In this document: piece by piece, positions 58,011-64,000 of the stretch
How the letters are laid out: every line of letters begins with the position of its first letter
How positions within the stretch are numbered: position 1 is the stretch's first letter
Assembly: GCA_030704615.1 (NCBI GenBank)
Contig: CM060731.1
Coordinates: 76,508,001-76,572,000 of the forward strand
From: Takakia lepidozioides
Lineage: Eukaryota; Plantae; Bryophyta
Reading direction: 5' to 3'
Length of the DNA stretch: 64,000 nucleotides
The notes under the pieces: generated by a model
What the model was told of the DNA's origin: nothing
Seen by the model: only the letters and a program-made list of their open reading frames with translations
The model's database searches: none
Translations under genes and position numbers: made by a program

Positions 58011-59199
58011 CTGTCAAACGCACGTAATGTATCTCAAACCTGCTGGATAGTTAAAAGAAAGATTTTTTTTTGCGTGGATGGGCTTCTTGCTAGAAATCAT
58101 CAGGCTTACAAGACTACTGCTGTCCTTGAGCTCGACAATAAACTGGAGCCAATCTATCCGTCTGAAATGAACCATTGAACCATCATGAGTCTAGAGTCTT
58201 GTAAGCCCGTGTCACCTGTGGTACCTAGCCTTATCTCTGCGGAACTGCATAACTTATGCGGTAACATGAGCAATGTCACACTCTCGGCCTGAGGAAAAAC
58301 CTGGTTCCTCCAAACCAGGCTATCCACAGGGACACAATCCATGTGAATAAATCTCTCTCTCACACACAAATATACAACCAATGGAAAGAAGATCAATCTA
58401 TCAGAGTCTCAAACAGGATACAACAGGAGCTGCTGGAAGAAGAAAAAGGGTGTCGATTACACCTCTGTGTGAACGATCATATCAGCATTCCGACGAAAAC
58501 GAATGCAATTTCTACTGTGATGGGTCAAGAACAATTATGGAGCCTGGATTAACTCAACGCACACAATTTCACAGACCCAAAACAACCCGCAAGGACTCAC
58601 GTACCTACACCTTTCTTCGATTCCCCTGGAGTCTGGACAGACGGCGAAACCGCGGCTTGGAAGAGCGCCCAGCTCCACACCCACTTCACCTCCACAGCTC
58701 CGCATCACTACCTCCAGCTTCACAGCAAGGAAAGCGCTGCGCCTCGGGTATGGCCTCTCCGTGCCTCTGACACACCACATCTAAGCAAAGCAAGGGCTAA
58801 CGTGACTATTGTAAAAGTTCGACAAACGAAATATTTATCCCATATCGTTTGCCGATATTTGCACAAGCTCCTGTTATATAAGGGGGCTCTATCGAACATG
58901 AAAATATGTCTTTGAATAAACCCGAAGACTGCAGCAAGGTACGTATATACTATTCCACGTATGATGACACATGGACCCATCCAGCATCCCACATGCTGGA
59001 CGACTCTACCCTACCGTCTGACGTGGTGTCCGTGTAGATTGATGTCATGGTTATGTTGCAAGACGTCTAGTGCACCAGAAAATCTCTTATTGTATTTTTG
59101 GTTTACAGTTTCTTTCTTCAGTAACGAGTCAGGAGGAGAAGGTGGTAGCGACGCGCGACTCCACAGGTAGATGCGCAAATGCCAGAGATGAACTCATTT

Positions 59200-59910
59200 T
59201 GTTAACTAGCTTCTTCGCAAGAGGCTTTAAAAGCAACGGGTACCCTGTAGTAGGCCATCAAAACCAAATGCAGGCGGCAGGAGGATGCCAGAACAACCCT
59301 GACCGGGTGTGCTCATGGGATCCACGCTGTAGAGCTTTCATGTATGACCCCCCGCCTTCTATATATCCTTCACGAAAATTGAATATTTCATCTCTGATGT
59401 GAAGGCCCTTCGTGAGTTAGATCCCAGCTCATTTTGCACCTTGGACATGTATACTGGAATCCTTATGAGATTTGTAAAGGGGAACTCATCAGTATACTTT
59501 GGTCAGATGGGAGACGCAATTAACGTAGATACTCTATCCTATCGACCATATGAAGCGGCTTTATGAGGACGAGGTGGAAGAGATCGAGCTAATAGCTGTC
59601 TTCAAACACCAGGGCAGACCGTATTTGGGGGAAGAATAGAGATGTGGCCTTCGAAGGAGCTGCAGGAAAGACACCCGACCTTGCCAAATTCTTAGCAATC
59701 AAAAACAAAATCGACACTAAAGGTTTGTTTTCCAGTGAGTGGTCAGATGCGGTCCTTGGAATTCAGAAGCCGGGAGCACAGGCGTGTCGACTGTCAAAGA
59801 TTGTTGTGCTGTAGAGGGCTTGTGTATTTGCTCAGTACAAGATAGACACCGTGCTCCAGACAAAGGTTACTTTTGCAGGCCAGGAAAACTGTATGCAGAG
59901 GCTCGTGTAT
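59200..59910 (+). pseudogene. C-terminal fragment of an L-gulonolactone oxidase-like (GULLO) gene; a second ~60-bp fragment lies at ~60055-60117
   Basis: GYPVVGHQNQMQAAGGC...CSWDPR, GILMRFVK, YEDEVEEIE, GLFSSEWSDAVLGI and CAVEGLCICS...APDKGYFCRPGKLYAEARV, with frameshifts. Confidence 0.85.
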
Positions 59911-60239
59911 TTTTTGTGGTTTTTTTCGAATAAAACAAGTAAAAAATAGTGTAGGTTAGTCCAACATCTCAGTGCCCAATGTCGCACAAGAGAAGCTTCA
60001 GGGTGACATATAGAGACTAGTTATCCTTCCCTCCTGCAGTTCAGACTTTTGATGGAAATGAATCGAGATGCGGCCTTGGAAGGAGCTGCAGGAACGACAA
60101 CCCACCTTGCCAAATGCCTCCTCCACGCAGGCCACAACTCAGAGTTGAACATGCCTTGACTCCCCACATGTCTTGGACACTACACTTAACCAAGAGTCAT
60201 AAAACTTGCAACTGTGATCCATGAAATGATCATTCAACA

Positions 60240-61436
60240 TTACACATTTACTCCTATACAAAAGTTTCCAGCCTTGTCCGCCCTACGGTACTGACAATCA
60301 TAGGCAAGTGCCTCCCATGATTTTTGTAGAGTGTCAAATACCAACGCTTGCCGTGAGTCAAAGCGCGTCACAATTACTTTATCACCATACCCTTCCGCAA
60401 GCCATGTCTGCCACCAGCTGCCACATTGAAAACGATCACCAAAGAAATCGTGTAACAGTTTCTCAGGGACTTTTGGCAACTGCTTCCACTTCTGACTGGA
60501 GACATTCAACTCCCATAAACACGGAGTACTAAGTCTGCAACTCGTCTCAACTCCAGCCAGCAACAAATGCCCCCGACTTTCCACCAAATATGCAAATGAA
60601 CGTGAGGGATTGGGGATCTGTGTCCGAACCTCCGCCCACCCTCCAGTGCCAAGCATGTCATATGCAAATAATTTGTAGAAGAGTCCATCTTGAAGTTGAT
60701 GATCCGGATAGACCATGGCGTACATCACGTTGCCGCATTTGGCGAACTCCAAAAATCCGTCGCCCAGTGGAGGTGCAGGCATGTTTCCTGTCTCATTCCA
60801 CGAGTCGGAGATAGAGTCGTAGACCAAAGTCTTAGTCAGTGTATCTCTTTCGGTAGGCAAAGTTGTACGAAATACCAGCATAAGCTTGTACCCACCGGTA
60901 CGGCTATCCACCACCAATTGACCAAAAGAATCAAGTTCGCTATCTTCTCGGTAAATTGTAGGCACTGGAGGTAGTCGTCTGCAACACTTCGAGATTGGGT
61001 TGAACACTGTGAAGTGGAAATCCCCACAGATACAGCTTGAGTTGATGGAAAAGAGACCTCCATCTGCAGACTGGATGTGCGAAGGTGGTTGATGGTGTGA
61101 CACAACTTGTCCTTTTACTGCGTCAAATTGAAACCAATGAGGTGTAAGAAATGAGAGGTCCATCTTGTGCAACACGCCCGTTGAAGGATCCCAAAACTCC
61201 ATAACAATGCCTGCTATGCTATCATCGGCCTGCAAGCGAAAGAGGAAGAGCGGCTCCAATATTTGATGGGGACCCACTTCGTTGCAAAGATGCATAAAAC
61301 CTGGAGTTGCGGGCAGGGATCGCCACCTCTTGCACACCGTCAATAAGCGGAAGAGATCTCTACAAGGCACGCATGCCAACACTCTGTCCAGTAAGTCGCA
61401 CGGTAGCCTACTCCACACCTCCTTGTCCATGAACAT
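60240..61436 (-). CDS. Intronless F-box/kelch-like (F-box associated beta-propeller) protein, ~398 aa
   Basis: MDKEVWSRLPCDLLDRVLACVP...TVCKRWRSL F-box; SADGGLF, VFNPISKCCRRLPP, LVYDSISDSW, FAYDM and LVESRGHLLLAG; start at ATG 61436 or 61430. Confidence 0.88.
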   Translation of the reverse strand: MFMDKEVWSRLPCDLLDRVLACVPCRDLFRLLTVCKRWRSLPATPGFMHLCNEVGPHQILEPLFLFRLQADDSIAGIVMEFWDPSTGVLHKMDLSFLTPHWFQFDAVKGQVVSHHQPPSHIQSADGGLFSINSSCICGDFHFTVFNPISKCCRRLPPVPTIYREDSELDSFGQLVVDSRTGGYKLMLVFRTTLPTERDTLTKTLVYDSISDSWNETGNMPAPPLGDGFLEFAKCGNVMYAMVYPDHQLQDGLFYKLFAYDMLGTGGWAEVRTQIPNPSRSFAYLVESRGHLLLAGVETSCRLSTPCLWELNVSSQKWKQLPKVPEKLLHDFFGDRFQCGSWWQTWLAEGYGDKVIVTRFDSRQALVFDTLQKSWEALAYDCQYRRADKAGNFCIGVNV

Positions 61437-62515
61437 GAGCACTGGTGGTTCAGGACGACACCCTAAGATATAAACAGCTCCATAATCTACAACTTGACTT
61501 GTATATAAAGGTAGAGATGTTAAAAGGAACTCTCTATTCAGAGATGGCATTTGTCTTAACCCCTAATGGACGAGGCTGTTTTTGGTGGGCCCACTCCAAA
61601 ACAGCACATACCCTCACGGATGAGGGTATATCTCCCAGCTAACAAACATCCACAGGGATGAACCGTATGAAAGGAAGGCTACCTACCTCATACACCTGCT
61701 GTAAAACTTCCAGCGCATTTCACCGTGTCATTAGGAAGATTATAACAAAATGGTAAGCCCTAAATCTGTAGTATACTCCAATTTTAGAGGGAAAAAATAG
61801 TTTGACCGGTTTCATATTTCACAGGATCGATAGGGCTCGCAGGCAATTTTTCCGAGAAAATATTTTTTCCTTGCAAGACCCCACCCACATTCCAATTCAG
61901 AGGCACCTAAAGCATGTTGCCCCAAATTTACAAAGCAGAATTCCTAAATCTGCATAGGGTTGCTTTGTATGGGAAAACAGGGGGGTCAAAAAACACCATT
62001 TAGCTCAACTGACCTGTAATTCAGCCATAGGGGTCCAAATTGGCGTTGTAACCACAATTGCAACGTGGAATTGTTCCTTGATTGATTTCCTACTACCTCC
62101 AAAAAGAATTTCTAAATTCTAACCAAAATGCAGGCAGAGATTTCAATTCCTACTTAAAATCCCAGCGGCCAAAAAAAAGGCCACGTCATCAAAACTGATG
62201 ACATCACAGGGGCTGTTTTGTGTGGTGGGCCCGCTGATACCCGTGGCCTAGACCAGTCCCATCTCTCGCCACGTGGTAAGGTCAACCCTGCTGGAGGGCC
62301 CCAAACCACATGATTTTGCGTACCCCCACCATGCACTCCCAAAAATCCTGACGGCTGTACTTTAGGATTTTTGGGTGCCATCAACAAGGGGGCGGGGGGG
62401 GGGGGTTGCAGAATTAAATTTCCTACATTTTTCATTCAGGGCTTGATTTCATCCGAGTTCATCCCAACAGTTTTCATCCATTCAAAATTTTCAATCGACC
62501 CGATTCAGGTCGACT

Positions 62516-64000
62516 TGTCCATTAGGGGTTAAAGTTAAAGCTAGTCCATTATGGGACTATTTAACATATATAATAAAAGTAGGTCTAAAAGGCAAGTCTT
62601 TAGTGATTGTTTTTAGCCTATCTAGAATTATATAAGAAGCTGGGGTGTAAAGCCATAAATCAGTTGTTCATGGTGTGTGCTTGTATGGTTGGGTGGAGAG
62701 CTTCTATACAATCCTCTTTCCTCTTTGTTGGTATATCTACGTTTTTCGACATGGTTTCAGAGCCTAGTTGATAGAAGAGGCTGCAGTTAATTTATGCTAG
62801 ATATAGGAGGTCCTACGAGGTGGCAGCGAGGACATGATCAAAGGGAGCTCTTAGCGAAGCAACTTGGTCCACAGCCAGCGATCAATAAAATCCAGCGATC
62901 AATAAAATTTGTGAGAAAGTCTGTAAGTTTGCTGACTGTCAAGTATAAAGTCTTAGATAGTGAGAAAAGAAAGCCTAATGACAAATTCCTCATGGAAATG
63001 CATTAAATATAAGAATAGAATATCGGTTCAACGGAACCAATTACCAGTCTTGGAAGTTTAGAATGGAAATGACTCTTCTAGACAAAGACCCATGGGGATT
63101 GATTGATGGGTCATATGTAAGACCTGACGATTGGATTGGCCAAGCTTTATGGGATAGAACATCAAAAGGCTAGGGCTAACGTCATAATGAGCTTGAGAGA
63201 CGATCAAATGAATCTACTCATTGGCACTAAAAATTCCAAAAAAGTTTGGGATAAGCTAGCAGCTATTTTTGAGACGAAGGATATAATGTCACAAGTGATT
63301 GCGACACAAAAGTTCTATGGTCTGAAAATGACCGAGACGGAATCAGTCGAACAACATTTGAGTTTGTTTAGTGTCTTAAGAGACGAGCTGAAATTTGTGG
63401 GAACTGTAATATCTGATGAACGAGCAGTAATAGTGTTGCTAGCAACCTTACCTGAATCCTATGACAGTTTCGCGGTATCCTTAATCGGACAAACCAACTT
63501 AACAACTGAGGTGGTCATAGGTCTCTTCCTCAAGAAGGAGAAACGGAGAAGAGGTCAAGGGGCGTCTACATTGGTAAAGAGGGCTTTGCTCACAAATATT
63601 AAACCTGGAGGATTCCAGAAGAAGAAATTTCCTTCATATCGGACTGCAAAGTCCGGCTCAAAATTTAAGCTGAAGTCAAGGATGAATGTGCTATCATTGC
63701 AAGAAATAAAAGAGTGTAGAATATGCATAACAGAGGAGCGTAAACGCGAGAATGAAGAAGCTACTCATTAGAAATGTCATGTGTTGTTTGTAGTTTCATT
63801 TTCAGTCAATGTACATTAAGTAGACATACATCTATTATATAAGGGCTTACGGAAAAACCCTTTAATGATCATATTAACATTATATATATGTTGAATGTTA
63901 AAAAGACATAGAATAATATTTCAAAGAAATTTGAGATGGTGGATTTGAAAGAGATCCAATACTACTTGGGGATATGGTATCCCATATTCGACAAGACCGA
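62516..64000 (+). mobile_element. Degenerate, internally deleted Ty1/copia element: putative LTR ending at 62751, PBS 62752-62763, gag, then an RT remnant
   Basis: ...CGACA TGGTTTCAGAGC (one mismatch to the tRNA-Met PBS); FNGTNYQSWKFRME, KVWDKL, LKMTETESVEQHL and LLATLPESYDSF (gag); FEMVDLKEIQYYLGI (RT) near 63930. The LTR start is uncertain. Confidence 0.82.

Overview
Eukaryotic land-plant nuclear DNA. A non-seed plant (bryophyte or lycophyte type) is inferred from the very regular PLS-DYW PPR protein, the F-box types and the RTE-X-like LINEs. Five genes appear intact, all on the minus strand: a germin-like protein (2 exons), MCM8 (17 exons, about 782 aa, reconstructed by hand), a tail-anchored F-box protein, a PLS-E-DYW PPR editing factor and an F-box/kelch-like protein. 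Between them lie many relics: a damaged second germin and a third germin relic, and PPR, SAM-methyltransferase, dihydropyrimidinase and L-gulonolactone-oxidase pseudogene fragments. Mobile DNA includes a near full-length degenerate L1 LINE, a stack of co-oriented RTE-X-like LINE 3' ends with (CATTT)n tails inside MCM8 introns, a Ty3/gypsy element whose LTR and 5' gag are inverted relative to its body, a solo LTR of that family, a copia remnant, MULE and hAT MITEs with clean TSDs, and tRNA-derived SINEs. There is also a three-copy long-hairpin repeat and a hairpin-bearing satellite. I found no CRISPR array, rRNA or functional tRNA gene, and nothing I can support as a wholly new biological system. 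The best leads are the self-stacking LINE cluster, the hairpin family and the readable PPR target code. All calls come from reading the sequence; no searches were run.
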